In this document: positions 1 through 10,137 of the stretch, one piece after another
Layout: the number at the start of each line of letters is the position of its first letter
Numbering within the stretch: position 1 is the stretch's first letter
Origin: Phycisphaerae bacterium
GTDB lineage: Bacteria > Planctomycetota > Phycisphaerae > UBA1845 > Fen-1342
NCBI GenBank assembly: GCA_963675745.2
Contig: CAXXWX010000010.1
Span: 96,001-160,000, forward strand
Length of the DNA stretch: 64,000 bases
Direction of reading: 5' to 3'
Notes under the pieces: generated by a model
The model's input: the letters and a program-made list of their open reading frames with translations, nothing else
Database searches by the model: none
What the model was told of the DNA's origin: nothing
Position numbers and translations under genes: made by a program

Positions 1-657
1 GAAGGCAGCGGTTCCGGCGCCGTAGCGCTCAGTGCAGCCATCAACGAGGCGCACGTGGTGGCGTTCGCGACCTCCGAAGCCACGTTGGCTGCGTTGAGCG
101 AAGCGGTCCGCGCTTTAAGGCCCGGCATGCGCGCCGGGGCCGGACTGCAGGTGGCGCGGAGCGGTTTGCTGATTCGCGTGGACCGCAGTGAGCACGACCG
201 CTTCGACGCGACAAACCCGGCGCTGAACCATGCCGCGGAGGCGGCGCTAGTGTACGCCGCGACGCAACGCGCACCCCAGGCCCGGCATCGGCTCGTGGTG
301 ACGGGCTGCGGCTTGGCGGACAATTGGTTCTCGCACTGGCACGCTGAGGCACGCACGACAGTCGTATCGCTCTTCGATTGGCACCGTGTGGCCGCCGTAC
401 CGCCCGCCGCCTTCGTCGCGTGCGAACTGCTTGTGCATGGCCTGCAGGCCGCCTCGGACGACTATGACCCTGAGCGGCTGTTCCACCGGTCGACGCGCAA
501 TTGTCTGTTTGACTTCTGCGCGAACAAGCCGGACATCGAGGCAAAGCTGACGACCGGGCGCATGTGTGACGAGTGCCGGCGCGCGCTCCGGCAACACGAG
601 GTGGTGGAGCGAACATTGATGCAAGTGCTGCCCATCATCGCTCGTTTGTGCCAGTAG
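1..657 (+). CDS. Hypothetical protein (5'-partial) with a degenerate archaemetzincin-like, Cys-rich C-terminal domain
   Basis: Frame is open from base 1. C-terminal FHRSTRNCLFDFC...DI...GRMCDEC resembles the Cys cluster of archaemetzincin-like domains, but there is no intact HExxH. Confidence 0.45.
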   Translation, partial: EGSGSGAVALSAAINEAHVVAFATSEATLAALSEAVRALRPGMRAGAGLQVARSGLLIRVDRSEHDRFDATNPALNHAAEAALVYAATQRAPQARHRLVVTGCGLADNWFSHWHAEARTTVVSLFDWHRVAAVPPAAFVACELLVHGLQAASDDYDPERLFHRSTRNCLFDFCANKPDIEAKLTTGRMCDECRRALRQHEVVERTLMQVLPIIARLCQ

Positions 658-1149
658 AGGGGCGTCGGAATGATCGGCCAACGCGTGGCGGAGTATGGCT
701 GCGGAGGAAGGTGACGTGGGAAAGCCGAAACGCCAGCTCCGCCGCGCGTTGGGTCTGGACGACTACGGCGAGCTCTGGCTGCCCAGGAAGCGCAGCAGTG
801 CCATCCTCGCCGGCATTGAGCACCATCGCGAACGCGGCTGCTGGTTCGACTTCCGGCACGGGCGAGACACCAACAACGCGACGCTTCTCAAAAACCGCCG
901 CTCGTGAGAGCACCATCGCCGGCAGCAGTGGCGAATTCGGTGAGCCAAAGGTTGTTTAGGCGGTCCCGCCTGGGGTCGCTGATGTTTGCCACACGACCGG
1001 ATTGGAGAATCAGCGGCATCCTCGACCTGGACACGTACAAGATTGGCAAGGGTCCGGCGGACCCCGTCTTCAATCTGGCGGCGTCTTGCCGCACGATGCC
1101 TCCGCGAGAGGAGGCCTGGCGCCTGGGCAAGCTTGCAGTGCGAGGTTTG

Positions 1150-1290
1150 CGGAAGGAAGCGGTGTGGCGGCGCAGCCTGAGTCGGCAGGCCGAGAGCGGA
1201 CAGTCAGTCTCAGGCTGGTGTCGCGAGCGCGGAGTCGCGGAGACGGCGTTCCAATGGTGGCGCAAGGAACTGGTTCGGCGTGTCGCTGAG
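1150..1290 (+). mobile_element. IS66-family accessory protein TnpA remnant
   Basis: EAVWRRSLSRQAESGQSVSGWCRERGVAETAFQWWRKEL matches the IS66 Orf1 HTH pattern; no tnpB or tnpC follows. Confidence 0.6.
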
Positions 1291-1338
1291 ATCCGGGCGT
1301 CACTGAAGAGAATGGTGAGCTGAGTGAGAGGGTACGAC

Positions 1339-1480
1339 ATGCGTCTGATCTTGGCGGCTCAAGACGCCGATATGCGGGCTGCCTGGGCCGAGCACTTCGC
1401 TGTAGAGGTGGACGTCACGATCAGAGACACGGATGTTGGTGACGTCGCTTGCGATGCAGTTGTAATTCCGCTTAACGGTC
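1339..1480 (+). pseudogene. Truncated macro-domain (Appr-1-p processing-like) gene
   Basis: MRLILAAQDADMRAAWAEHF...DVACDAVVIPLN resembles a macro-domain N-terminus; similarity stops before the expected GFMDGG-type loop. Confidence 0.5.
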
Positions 1481-1820
1481 CGGATCCGCGTGCCGACGCG
1501 ATGAACTCGCTTCCGAAGGCCCCGCTGGATACCTGCTTGTTGTCGGGGACCTGTACATTGGCGGTGATGTTCGATGCCCGGTGTTCATGCGCGATGCAGA
1601 AATCCCACCGGTCGTTGCGGCAGTTCAGATACATCCGGACGGGTTATACCTCACAAAAGCCAGGACTGATGTACGATTACGAGTTGATGACAGAGACATT
1701 GATTCGGGACAATCGGAACGAATCGAGCTTCCCGTGCAGTTGTCGTGTGGCCGTTACGCGTGCACGATGCGTGTTGCGAGCATCAAGGACTTCACGGAGT
1801 GACATGAAGGCGGCGATCTG

Positions 1821-2048
1821 ATGACTGACGAACGTGCTGAACTTCCTTCGGACCCGCGGACCGATCAGCCATCGCATCTGACTTCGGAAGGCTGTAACCG
1901 GTGGCAGAGCATCGGTGACGAGAAGACGCTTCCGGACGAAGGGCATCTTGACAGCGATCGCCTGACGCTGATCAAGCAGCTTGGTGAAGGCGGGATGGCT
2001 GTAGTCTGGCTGCTGCAACGAGACGAGGGATCGATCGCAAGGATGTGA
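1821..2048 (+). pseudogene. Ser/Thr protein kinase N-terminal fragment
   Basis: Glycine-rich loop LIKQLGEGGMAVVWL is followed by a stop; no VAIK, HRD or DFG motifs. Confidence 0.6.
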
Positions 2049-2066
2049 CGGCGCTGAGAGCGAATC

Positions 2067-2467
2067 ATGAAGAAGCACGCACTGCTTGTCGGAGTTGAGG
2101 AATACCGGGATTCGATGATCTCGCGGCTGCAGTTTGCGCGAGCGGATGCGCCACGCTTGCCGAGCGGCTCGAGACCCGTTGCGGGTTCGACCAGGTTCGG
2201 GTGCTGGCCGACACGAACGGTGAGAACGAGCCGGCATTAATCAACATCGTGGCCGCTTTGCGTGACACGGCCGGAGAGCTGCGGAGCGATGACCTGTTCC
2301 TGTTCTTTTTCGCCGGCCATGGCGTGGAAAAGGAGGGCCACGGCTACCTGATGGCGCGCGACAGTCTGCAGGCCTTCCCCGAGCACGGCAGCCTGTCACT
2401 GGAGCTTTTGCGCAAGACATTTGGACAGTTCGGCGCGGGTAAGCCGTACGGAGAGAAATGCCAGTAA
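2067..2467 (+). pseudogene. Caspase-like (peptidase C14) gene, frameshifted and truncated
   Basis: ATG 2067 gives MKKHALLVGVEEY...ARADA. After an apparent 1-nt loss near 2151 the next frame reads TLAERLETRCGF...FLFFFAGHG. It ends before the catalytic DxC motif. Confidence 0.75.
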
Positions 2468-2772
2468 TTCGGGCAGCAGTTGTTGCGTTCCTGGCTGAGT
2501 CCGACGGCGCTCTTGTGCTCGCCCAGCACGAGCGTCTCTTTTCCTTTCCGATGCGCGGTCAGCGGATCTGTGCAACCAAAATCGACCCGATTATGCGGGC
2601 GGTCTTCTTGCTCCCAAACCCGCGCCTCAGGGTAAATATGGCAAATGCGCTCAACGATGCTCCGACGCTGCGGATTGGACCGGCTTCCCTTCGTCAGAAC
2701 GATCCGCTTTCGGGAAATAATGGGGGGACTTCGGGGCATGTAGTGTTCGGTGTACGCAAAGAGCCCGCCCAT
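2445..2772 (-). pseudogene. Spore-photoproduct-lyase-like radical SAM protein, N-terminal fragment
   Basis: ...HRKGKETLVLG...CCPNYWHFSPYG breaks off just before the expected CxxxCxxC and abuts the caspase fragment tail to tail. Confidence 0.5.
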
Positions 2773-3340
2773 ACTCTCTTCCGCAGCCCTCATTCGCATG
2801 CCGCGTCTCCCTGGCGAGTGGAACTGGTGAACCCTAACACGCGGCTAACAAGCGGTCAATCATGTCGAGAAGGACCAGTGGCTTTCTTCACCCGCCATCG
2901 GATTCGAGGTGCCGCCATAGCATTCGGGATTCTCCCGGCAACTGGGCCGAATGCTACGTAACATCCTGTTATGCCGCCAGTAACGCCTCGGCGACGGACT
3001 GCGGCAGGCGAACGGCGCCCGCGGCAAAAAGTCCTAACCGTGTCCGGTCACTTCGATTGATCGCAAGTCTCGCCGAGCGCACGGATTGGCGAACCTGCCC
3101 GACGCCGGGCCGTGCGGCACGATGCCTGACTCCGCGCGGACCATAATCCACGCCAGGTACACTGGCGCGGCACATGGCGAAAAACCGCAATTCCTGAACT
3201 ACCGCACACACGCCGTCCCGGCATGAACCCGTCGATGGCGGCGTGCGCGACTTGGCGTTTCATTACAACGGCGATGCGGCGTCTGACTGCTCTGTGAGCC
3301 GTGGCACACAGCGAGGCAACGCACCACAAGCGATGGTAGG

Positions 3341-4264
3341 CTAGCTCCGTACCCGCCGACACAGCGCTTCGGCCAGGCGCTCCGCGGCGTTTGGACCATG
3401 GCGGAAGAACAGCGACGGCTCCACCAGCTCCAGCTCGCTGAGCCGCAGCTCGCCGTGGGCGTCGCGCAGGAAATCGACGCGCGCGTATAGCAGCTTGTCG
3501 GCGTCGTGAGGCGCAGGTGTCTGTCTATCCGGTAGCCGGCCGGCCATGGCTTCGGGCACCAGGCCGACGATTCGCCGGGCCGCGTCGAGCCCGTCGCGTG
3601 CCATCACGGCGGGCTCATCGCTCGCTCCAAAATCGTCCTGAACACGGTAATCGCCGGGCACGGGAATCTTGCGGACGGTGTGCGTGATCTCGCCGTCGAT
3701 GAAGATAACCGACAGCTCGCCAGCCGTTTCGACGCTTTCCAGGTATGGCTGGATCATCATGTCTTCATGCGCGAGCAGTCGCTTAAGGTGCGACTCGGCG
3801 GTGGCGAGGCCGGCCGGCGTGGCGTCAAATCGCAGTGTTTCGCGTGCTGTTGCGCCGATCAGCGGTTTGAGAAACGCCCGGCGCCAGCCATGCTCGGCCA
3901 ACACGGTCTCCAGATCGACCGTCGCGCCGCGCGCGAGCCAGACGGTTGGCGTCAGCGGCGCGCCCAGTGCCTCCAGATCATGCAAGTAGCTCTTGTGTGA
4001 ATTCCACCGGACGACGTCGGCCGCGTTGAACAGCCGCGTCAAGCCGCCGACGCGTGCGGCCCAGTCCGCAAACGCGTCGCGCTTCTCCTGATAGTCCCAG
4101 GTTGTGCGAATCAGGCACGCGTCAAACGCCGTCCAGTCCGCGCGCGGGTCATCCCACACGAGTTGGGCGTACTCCACGCCGCGCCGAGCCAGCGCGGCGT
4201 GCAGCGGCCGATCATCGACCTCCCAGTCGGGCAGGTTCGAGCAGGTTGCCAGCGCGATTCGCAT
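3341..4264 (-). CDS. ATP-grasp (RimK/glutathione synthetase-like) ligase
   Basis: Motifs IRTTWDY, WNSHKSYL, FLKP, QPYL, GELS, DYRVQDDFG, LYARVD, ELELVEPSLF; start taken at MRIALAT. Confidence 0.85.
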   Translation of the reverse strand: MRIALATCSNLPDWEVDDRPLHAALARRGVEYAQLVWDDPRADWTAFDACLIRTTWDYQEKRDAFADWAARVGGLTRLFNAADVVRWNSHKSYLHDLEALGAPLTPTVWLARGATVDLETVLAEHGWRRAFLKPLIGATARETLRFDATPAGLATAESHLKRLLAHEDMMIQPYLESVETAGELSVIFIDGEITHTVRKIPVPGDYRVQDDFGASDEPAVMARDGLDAARRIVGLVPEAMAGRLPDRQTPAPHDADKLLYARVDFLRDAHGELRLSELELVEPSLFFRHGPNAAERLAEALCRRVRS

Positions 4265-4346
4265 GGCCAAAAGCCTGATCGCGGGAGCACGCGGTGTCAA
4301 TCCGATCTGGCGTGACGCTGCCGCGCCGACACGCTAGCGCAGTCGA

Positions 4347-5609
4347 TCAATCCAGCGGGGCGATCCAGAGGTTGCGGAAGCGAACGCGGTTGCCGTGGTC
4401 CTGGAGCAGCAGCGGGGCGTCGTTTGGGGCTTCGGGCAGCCCGAAGCCGGTCTGCTTGGGGATTTCAACGTTGCCGTGGATGCGCGTCCCGTTGTGGTAG
4501 ACCGTGATGTGTGCGTTGGCGATTTTCGTGCCTTTCGCATCCCAGCGCGGCGCGCGGAACTCGATGTCATATGTCTGCCACTGACCGGCGGGGCGGGCCA
4601 TGTTGAAATCGGCGGCCTTCACCTTGTAAATCGCGCCGCAGATGTCATCAGCCGGTTCCTGGCCGCACGAATTCAGGATCTGCACCTCGTAGCGTCCCTG
4701 AACGTACACGCCACTGTTCCCGTTAGCCTGCCCCTGCTTCTGGTTGTCGTCTACGCAGAACTCGATGTGCAGCCGGCAATCGCCGAACGGCTTTCGTGTC
4801 ACGATGTTGCCGGTGCCGGGCTCGACCTCAAGCGCCCCGTCGGCGAATCTCCATTGGACGCGCGAGCCGGGCTTGCCCGCGTGTTCCCACTTGGAGAGGT
4901 CGCCGCCGGCGTCGAGCAGCGTCACAGCGCCGGTGGACGGCCGGCACAACGGATCGCCGAGGTCCTTGATGCGCAGCTTGCGCCAGCGCACCTCCATCGG
5001 CTCGGCTTCGTTCGTGCCGTGTACCTGGAGGCCGACAAAGCCGCTACGAGTCAGATCGTCGCGCAGGTCCGCCGCCGCCACGCCGTTCAGCCACGTGCGG
5101 ATGCGATCGCCGTGGGCTTCGACGCGCACGTGGTTCCATTGGTTCTGGCGCAACGCCCGGCGTGCCGACTCGTTATCTTTCAGGTCACACAGCCAGCCGC
5201 GCCGGCCCTCGTCATAAATGCCGGCCGTCCAGGCACGCTCGGACGGATCGATCTCAATCTGATAGCCGTGTACCAGGCCGTTCTTGTATCCCGCGACGCT
5301 GTTGCTGCGAATCTGCACGCCCGAATTCAGCTTCGGGTCCACCTTGAATTCGTATTCGAGCGTGAAGTCGGCATAGTCGCGCTCGGTGCAGAGAAACGAG
5401 TTGGGCGTGTTCGGGACCGAACGGCCGACGATCTGCCCGTCCTCGACGGCGTATTCCGCCTTGCCGCCGCGCTGTACCCAGCCGTCAAGCGTCTTTCCGT
5501 CGAACAGCTCCCGCCACCCCGGCTCTCCCCGCTCGTCGGCGAGTGTCGGCACGTGTGAAAGAAGCAGAGTACAGGTGATGCACGCGAAAGCGAGGGCTGC
5601 TCTGAACAT
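4347..5609 (-). CDS. Secreted protein with two DUF1080 (3-keto-disaccharide hydrolase-like) domains
   Basis: Signal peptide; LFDGKTLDGW, NSGVQIRS, GYQIEI, LQVH; second domain GNSGVY...YEVQIL...LQDHG. Confidence 0.9.
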   Translation of the reverse strand: MFRAALAFACITCTLLLSHVPTLADERGEPGWRELFDGKTLDGWVQRGGKAEYAVEDGQIVGRSVPNTPNSFLCTERDYADFTLEYEFKVDPKLNSGVQIRSNSVAGYKNGLVHGYQIEIDPSERAWTAGIYDEGRRGWLCDLKDNESARRALRQNQWNHVRVEAHGDRIRTWLNGVAAADLRDDLTRSGFVGLQVHGTNEAEPMEVRWRKLRIKDLGDPLCRPSTGAVTLLDAGGDLSKWEHAGKPGSRVQWRFADGALEVEPGTGNIVTRKPFGDCRLHIEFCVDDNQKQGQANGNSGVYVQGRYEVQILNSCGQEPADDICGAIYKVKAADFNMARPAGQWQTYDIEFRAPRWDAKGTKIANAHITVYHNGTRIHGNVEIPKQTGFGLPEAPNDAPLLLQDHGNRVRFRNLWIAPLD

Positions 5610-5804
5610 GATGTTGCCTCCTGCCGCGTATCGTACGACGCGTGGCCGATCAGGTCACCACGCCGGCAGCTCGTGGCCGCCCGCCAGCATGGGCTCAGTG
5701 ACGTCCGCTTCGTCCGCGCGAACATGGGGCTGCCGTGCTGTAATCGAGAGCAGTCTCGCCCTCCGGGTTCCGAGCGCATGGGCTGATCGGTACCGGCCGC
5801 GCTA

Positions 5805-6365
5805 TCAATCGCCGTCATGCTCCTGTTCGTGTTCAAGCTCACCGAAGACAGTCGCACCGGCGGTCGGCGGCGGCGGCGTCTCGGCGACCAGCGCCTGCAC
5901 GCCGAATTCATGTACCAGCCGGCCGCCTTCGTGGGCGGCGTTTGCCAGCAGGATGATCCCGCCGCTGTAGATCAGCAGGTACGCGATCGTGACAATCGTG
6001 CCGGGCAGGCGTTTGAGAGGCCGCCGCACCGCGTGTGGAATCAGAGTGATTGCCGCAAAGAGCAGCGTCGATCCCAGAAAGACCCACTGCGTCGTTTCCG
6101 CGAGCTCCTCATGCCTTGCCAGGACCGGGTTGATCTCCGGCGAGCGCATCACGAGCTCCGCGCCGGCTTCGCCGGTCAGAACCGCAACGAACGCCGCGGC
6201 CGTGCCGAGTGTCATGATGGCCAGTGCGGCGATCGCGAACCACAAGTATTGCCGGTACATGATCAAACCCAGCACGACAAGCACGGGGGCGACAATCAGC
6301 AAAGCGATCGGAAAGTGCACCACGAGCGGGTGCAGCCCGTCCCAACTCGGCATTGGCGGAAACAA
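5805..6365 (-). CDS. DUF2231-like membrane protein
   Basis: LHPLVVHFPIAL, four hydrophobic segments, HEELA and AHEGGRLVH; AAGGAG RBS before a TTG start. Confidence 0.8.
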   Translation of the reverse strand: MFPPMPSWDGLHPLVVHFPIALLIVAPVLVVLGLIMYRQYLWFAIAALAIMTLGTAAAFVAVLTGEAGAELVMRSPEINPVLARHEELAETTQWVFLGSTLLFAAITLIPHAVRRPLKRLPGTIVTIAYLLIYSGGIILLANAAHEGGRLVHEFGVQALVAETPPPPTAGATVFGELEHEQEHDGD

Positions 6366-6467
6366 AGTACCACTCCTTGTTGTGAGAGAAACTAGCGCAA
6401 GAGAAACGCAACGTGGCGGTCGCGGTTCCCCCGGACGACCGCAATCACGCTGCGTTACCGAGGCTGG

Positions 6468-7103
6468 CTACTGAACCGCCTCGTACTTCTCCTTTGGATC
6501 GAAGCAGGACGGGCACTTGTCGAACGTGAAGTCCTTCTTCGCGACCGTGTAACCGCACGTCGTGCAGACCATGTAAGTCGCCTTCTCGGCGCCCTTGAAC
6601 TGATCGAGGTGATCGGCGGCGTACTGATACAGCTTGGCGTGTTCCGCCTCGGCCGTGCGGGCGAAGTTGAACGAGCGCATCGCATCGCGATTGCGTTCCT
6701 TGCGCGCCGTCTTCATGAACGCCGGATACATCTTGTCGCGCTCATAGCTCTCGCCGGCAACGGCGGCCAGCAGATTATCCTTGGTCGTTTTGATCTCCGG
6801 CAGTTTGATCTCCGCTTTCGGCGTGCCGCCCAACGCCTTGATCACCTTGGCGTGGTTTCCGGCGTGGATTTCCTCGGCTCGCGCCGTTGCCCGAAACAGG
6901 CTGGCGACGGGTGCGTAGCCCTCCTCTTCCGCCTTTTTCGCATACGCAAGGTACTTCGCATGGGCATTGCTCTCGCCGTTATAGGCCTCCATGAGGTTGT
7001 CGAGCGTCGAGTTCTTCTCCCAGCGTTTGGCGTCTTCTTCGCCGGCCAGGACAGCGGCGGGAATCAACAGAGCGACGAGCATGGTGGGTACGAGTTTCAG
7101 CAT
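6468..7103 (-). CDS. rbr: Rubrerythrin-family protein with an N-terminal signal peptide
   Basis: NL..AYNGES.A..KY, AEEIHA, GESYE, AEAEHA diiron motifs and C-terminal CTTC...CPSC. AAGGAG RBS precedes MLKLVPTMLVALLIPAAVLA. Confidence 0.88.
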   Translation of the reverse strand: MLKLVPTMLVALLIPAAVLAGEEDAKRWEKNSTLDNLMEAYNGESNAHAKYLAYAKKAEEEGYAPVASLFRATARAEEIHAGNHAKVIKALGGTPKAEIKLPEIKTTKDNLLAAVAGESYERDKMYPAFMKTARKERNRDAMRSFNFARTAEAEHAKLYQYAADHLDQFKGAEKATYMVCTTCGYTVAKKDFTFDKCPSCFDPKEKYEAVQ

Positions 7104-7164
7104 CACAGCATTCTCCTTGGAGCGAGTCGTGGTTGTTAGCATGGTACGCCCTCGCTCACCCATG

Positions 7165-7181
7165 TTGCACACACCGTGCCA
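7165..7181 (-). promoter_or_regulatory. Sigma54 (-24/-12) promoter of the rubrerythrin gene
   Basis: Minus strand reads TGGCACGGTGTGTGCAA, with exact GG-N10-GC spacing. Confidence 0.85.
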
Positions 7182-7198
7182 TACTGGTGCTAGAAACG

Positions 7199-7211
7199 CA
7201 AATAGTTGATA
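7199..7211 (-). promoter_or_regulatory. IHF-like binding site
   Basis: Minus strand TATCAACTATTTG fits WATCAANNNNTTR and lies between the promoter and the palindromes. Confidence 0.65.
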
Positions 7212-7256
7212 TCAAAGAACTTATGGGCCTCGTCAAAAAGTGCCCCTGATGCGGCG

Positions 7257-7304
7257 GTTCAAAATCTGGAACCTATCACGCTTGCGCAGTTCAAAAATTC
7301 GAAC
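7257..7304. promoter_or_regulatory. Two palindromic upstream activator sites (GTTC-N8-GAAC)
   Basis: GTTCaaaatctgGAAC at 7257-7272 and GTTCaaaaattcGAAC at 7289-7304, 32 bp apart. Confidence 0.7.
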
Positions 7305-7318
7305 GGCGGTCTGGGCAT

Positions 7319-8728
7319 TCAGCCGTTCGGCTCGCCCAGCTTCCTGAGCTTGTAACTGAGGTCACTCTTGGAGATGCCCAACTGCCGAGCCGCCTGGGCC
7401 TGCACGCCCGCCGCCTCATCGAGCGCCCGGCGGATCAGCGTCGTTTCAATCTGCCGCAGCGCGTCGCGCAGCGTCCCGTCACGCGGCAGAAGCTCGCGCC
7501 ACCACTGCGGCACGTCGATACACGGCGGCGAAACGCCGCACGCCCCGACCGCGGAATCCTCGGCAGGGATTACGAAGTCGCTGGCGCCCAACGTGTCGCC
7601 GCGCGCCAGGATATAGGCACGTTCGATGAGGTTACGAAGTTCGCGCACGTTGCCTGGGAAGCTGTATGCCGTTAGCCGATCGATGGCGTCTTTTGTGATC
7701 TGGCGATAGGGCATCTTGAGATCGGCCGCAACACGCCGCGAGAAATGCTCCACCAGCGCCAGCAGATCCTCCCCGCGGGCGCGCAACGGCGGGATCTCCA
7801 GGGGTATGACCGCCAGGCGATAGTACAGGTCTTGTCGGAACTCGCCGGCTTTCACGCGCTGAGCCAGGTTGCGATGGGTTGCAGCCAGGACACGGACGTC
7901 AACCTTGCGCGCCGCCCGCGCACCAACGCGCAGCACCTCGCCGTCCATCAACACACGGAGCAGCTTTGCCTGCAACCCGCCGGGCATCTCGCCGGCCTCG
8001 TCCAGGAACAAGGTTCCGCCGTGAGCCGTTTCAAACAGGCCGGGGCGGGCGCGGTCGGCGCCGGTGAACGCCCCTTTTTCGTGACCGAAGAGCTCGCTCT
8101 CTAGTAGCGACTCAGACAAGGCGGCGCAATTGATGGGGACAAATGGTTGCTCAGAGCGCGGGCTGCCTCGGTGAATCGCCCGGGCCACCAGTTCCTTACC
8201 GGTCCCGGTTTCGCCGCTGATCAGCACCGTCGCATCGGTTGGGGCGACGCGTTCAATCTGCTGGCGTACGAGTTGCATCGCCGGACTGTCGCCGACCAGT
8301 CCGTCCGCCGCGCCGAGGCGGCGCACCTCATCCCGCAGCCGCTCGTTTTCGCGTTGGAGTGTCCGGCGTTCGCAGGCCTTGCGTATCACGGACAGCACGT
8401 TTTCCGGCTGGAATGGCTTCGGCAGGAAATCGAACGCGCCCCGCCGCATCGCCTCGACGGCCAAATCGACGCTCGCATACGCTGTGATCACCACTACCGG
8501 GATCGTGGCATCGGCTCCCGCGACGGCGTCGAGCAGCGTGAGTCCGTCGCCGTCGGGCAGCTTCTGGTCGGTCAGCACCACATCCACCGGTTCGGTGCTC
8601 AACAACTGCCGAGCGGAGGCGAGGTCACCGGCTTGCAGCGCGGCGTGGTCGCCGGCCGCCAGCAGCGAGCTCAGCACCTGCCGCATCGAGGGTTCATCAT
8701 CGACAATCAGAATGCGCGCCATCGTCAT
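7319..8728 (-). CDS. Sigma54-dependent response regulator (NtrC family)
   Basis: REC domain, GETGTGKE, ESELFGHEKGAFTGA, FPGNVREL and a C-terminal Fis-type HTH. Confidence 0.95.
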   Translation of the reverse strand: MTMARILIVDDEPSMRQVLSSLLAAGDHAALQAGDLASARQLLSTEPVDVVLTDQKLPDGDGLTLLDAVAGADATIPVVVITAYASVDLAVEAMRRGAFDFLPKPFQPENVLSVIRKACERRTLQRENERLRDEVRRLGAADGLVGDSPAMQLVRQQIERVAPTDATVLISGETGTGKELVARAIHRGSPRSEQPFVPINCAALSESLLESELFGHEKGAFTGADRARPGLFETAHGGTLFLDEAGEMPGGLQAKLLRVLMDGEVLRVGARAARKVDVRVLAATHRNLAQRVKAGEFRQDLYYRLAVIPLEIPPLRARGEDLLALVEHFSRRVAADLKMPYRQITKDAIDRLTAYSFPGNVRELRNLIERAYILARGDTLGASDFVIPAEDSAVGACGVSPPCIDVPQWWRELLPRDGTLRDALRQIETTLIRRALDEAAGVQAQAARQLGISKSDLSYKLRKLGEPNG

Positions 8729-10137
8729 TCTCTGTGCGAGTCATGCTCGCCGCCGCCCGGCAGCAGTAACTCGAATCCTACTCGACCTGGCTCGTTGGTG
8801 GCCAATCGGAGCGAGCCGCCGTGCGCCGCCGCTATGTTGCCGGCAATCGCCAATCCGAGCCCCGTGCCGCCGGGCTTGGTCGTGAAGAAGGGCTCGAAGA
8901 TCTGCGTGGAGAGGTTCTTGGCGATGGGCTCACCTGTGTTTATGACGCGGAAGGCGACACCGCTCTGAGGCATGGTCTCGGCCAGCAATACGACCTTCCC
9001 CGAGGTGCCGGCGGCCTCTACTGCGTTCAGTGTCAGATTCAGCAACGCCTGATGTACCTGAAAGGCATCGAACTCGGCTTCGAAATCCCCGTCAACCTGA
9101 ACGTCCACGTCGACCATGAGCTCGTCCGCGCGGGGCCGCGCCAGCCCGCGTACATACTCCAATGTCGTTCGGACCGAAGTGGGCTGAAGCAGCGGCGGCT
9201 TCCGCCGGGCATAGCTGAGAAACTCATCCGTGAGCCGCCCCAGCCGACTCGACTCCTTCTCGATAATCTCGCACATCTCATCCCGCACCGGAGGTTCGAA
9301 CTGGCACTGCTTCGCAGTCGCAACGGCGCTCGTGATCATCGCGACCGGGTTGCGAACCTCATGGGCGATCGCGGCGGAGAGGCGTCCAACCGCCGCCAGC
9401 TTCTCCTGCTCGACCAGACGATCGCGCGTCTCGGCCAGTTCGCGCAAGCTGCGCCGCAGCGCCTGTTGCTTCTCCCGGAGACGCCGCGCGACCAGGTGAA
9501 CGAAAATGGCAACCGCCGCGTACACCAGCACGACGGTGGCGGCTTCGAACATCTCGGCCGTCCGCGCGCCTTCGGGGAACTTGGCGTAGTGCATCCGGAC
9601 CTCGAGGAGGGTGTTCGCGCTGGCGATCAGCGTGATGGCGGCCGTTCCGAGCCAGCCAAAACGAAAGGCCGCCGTGATTGTCGGCAGGACGAATAAGACG
9701 ACGTAGTGACTATGTTCAAGGCCCGAGGCCAGTGATGCGGCCGACGCGAACGCGAGGTGGGCGACCACGGTGCCCACGCCGTACGTGCGAGTCAGAGCCG
9801 CCGACAGCGGACGCGTCCAACCCTGTAGCCATACCAGTTCCAGCGTCTGCCAGGCGAATCGCCCGGCGAACAACCCGACAATCAATGCGGAGGGCTTACC
9901 CGGCTGCGACTGAAAAAGCACATGGATGACGACGAGCGCGGCCAGGATCAACAAATTGAGCAGGATGAACACCGATTCCTGGCTGCGGATCTCGTCGAAC
10001 AAATCCACCGCACCAGTTTCAGCGCGGATGCGTCCCGGCGGATCGACCGTACCGCCGGCCGCTGGTTCTGCGTCGGCGAGGGTTTCGTGCTGCAAGCTGA
10101 CCGGGCCTTTCGCGGGTTCCGACATGCGGGCGAGCAT
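8725..10137 (-). CDS. Membrane sensor histidine kinase
   Basis: Several TM segments, AHEVRNP H-box, FEPFFTTK and GTGLGL; overlaps the regulator start. Confidence 0.93.
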   Translation of the reverse strand: MLARMSEPAKGPVSLQHETLADAEPAAGGTVDPPGRIRAETGAVDLFDEIRSQESVFILLNLLILAALVVIHVLFQSQPGKPSALIVGLFAGRFAWQTLELVWLQGWTRPLSAALTRTYGVGTVVAHLAFASAASLASGLEHSHYVVLFVLPTITAAFRFGWLGTAAITLIASANTLLEVRMHYAKFPEGARTAEMFEAATVVLVYAAVAIFVHLVARRLREKQQALRRSLRELAETRDRLVEQEKLAAVGRLSAAIAHEVRNPVAMITSAVATAKQCQFEPPVRDEMCEIIEKESSRLGRLTDEFLSYARRKPPLLQPTSVRTTLEYVRGLARPRADELMVDVDVQVDGDFEAEFDAFQVHQALLNLTLNAVEAAGTSGKVVLLAETMPQSGVAFRVINTGEPIAKNLSTQIFEPFFTTKPGGTGLGLAIAGNIAAAHGGSLRLATNEPGRVGFELLLPGGGEHDSHRE

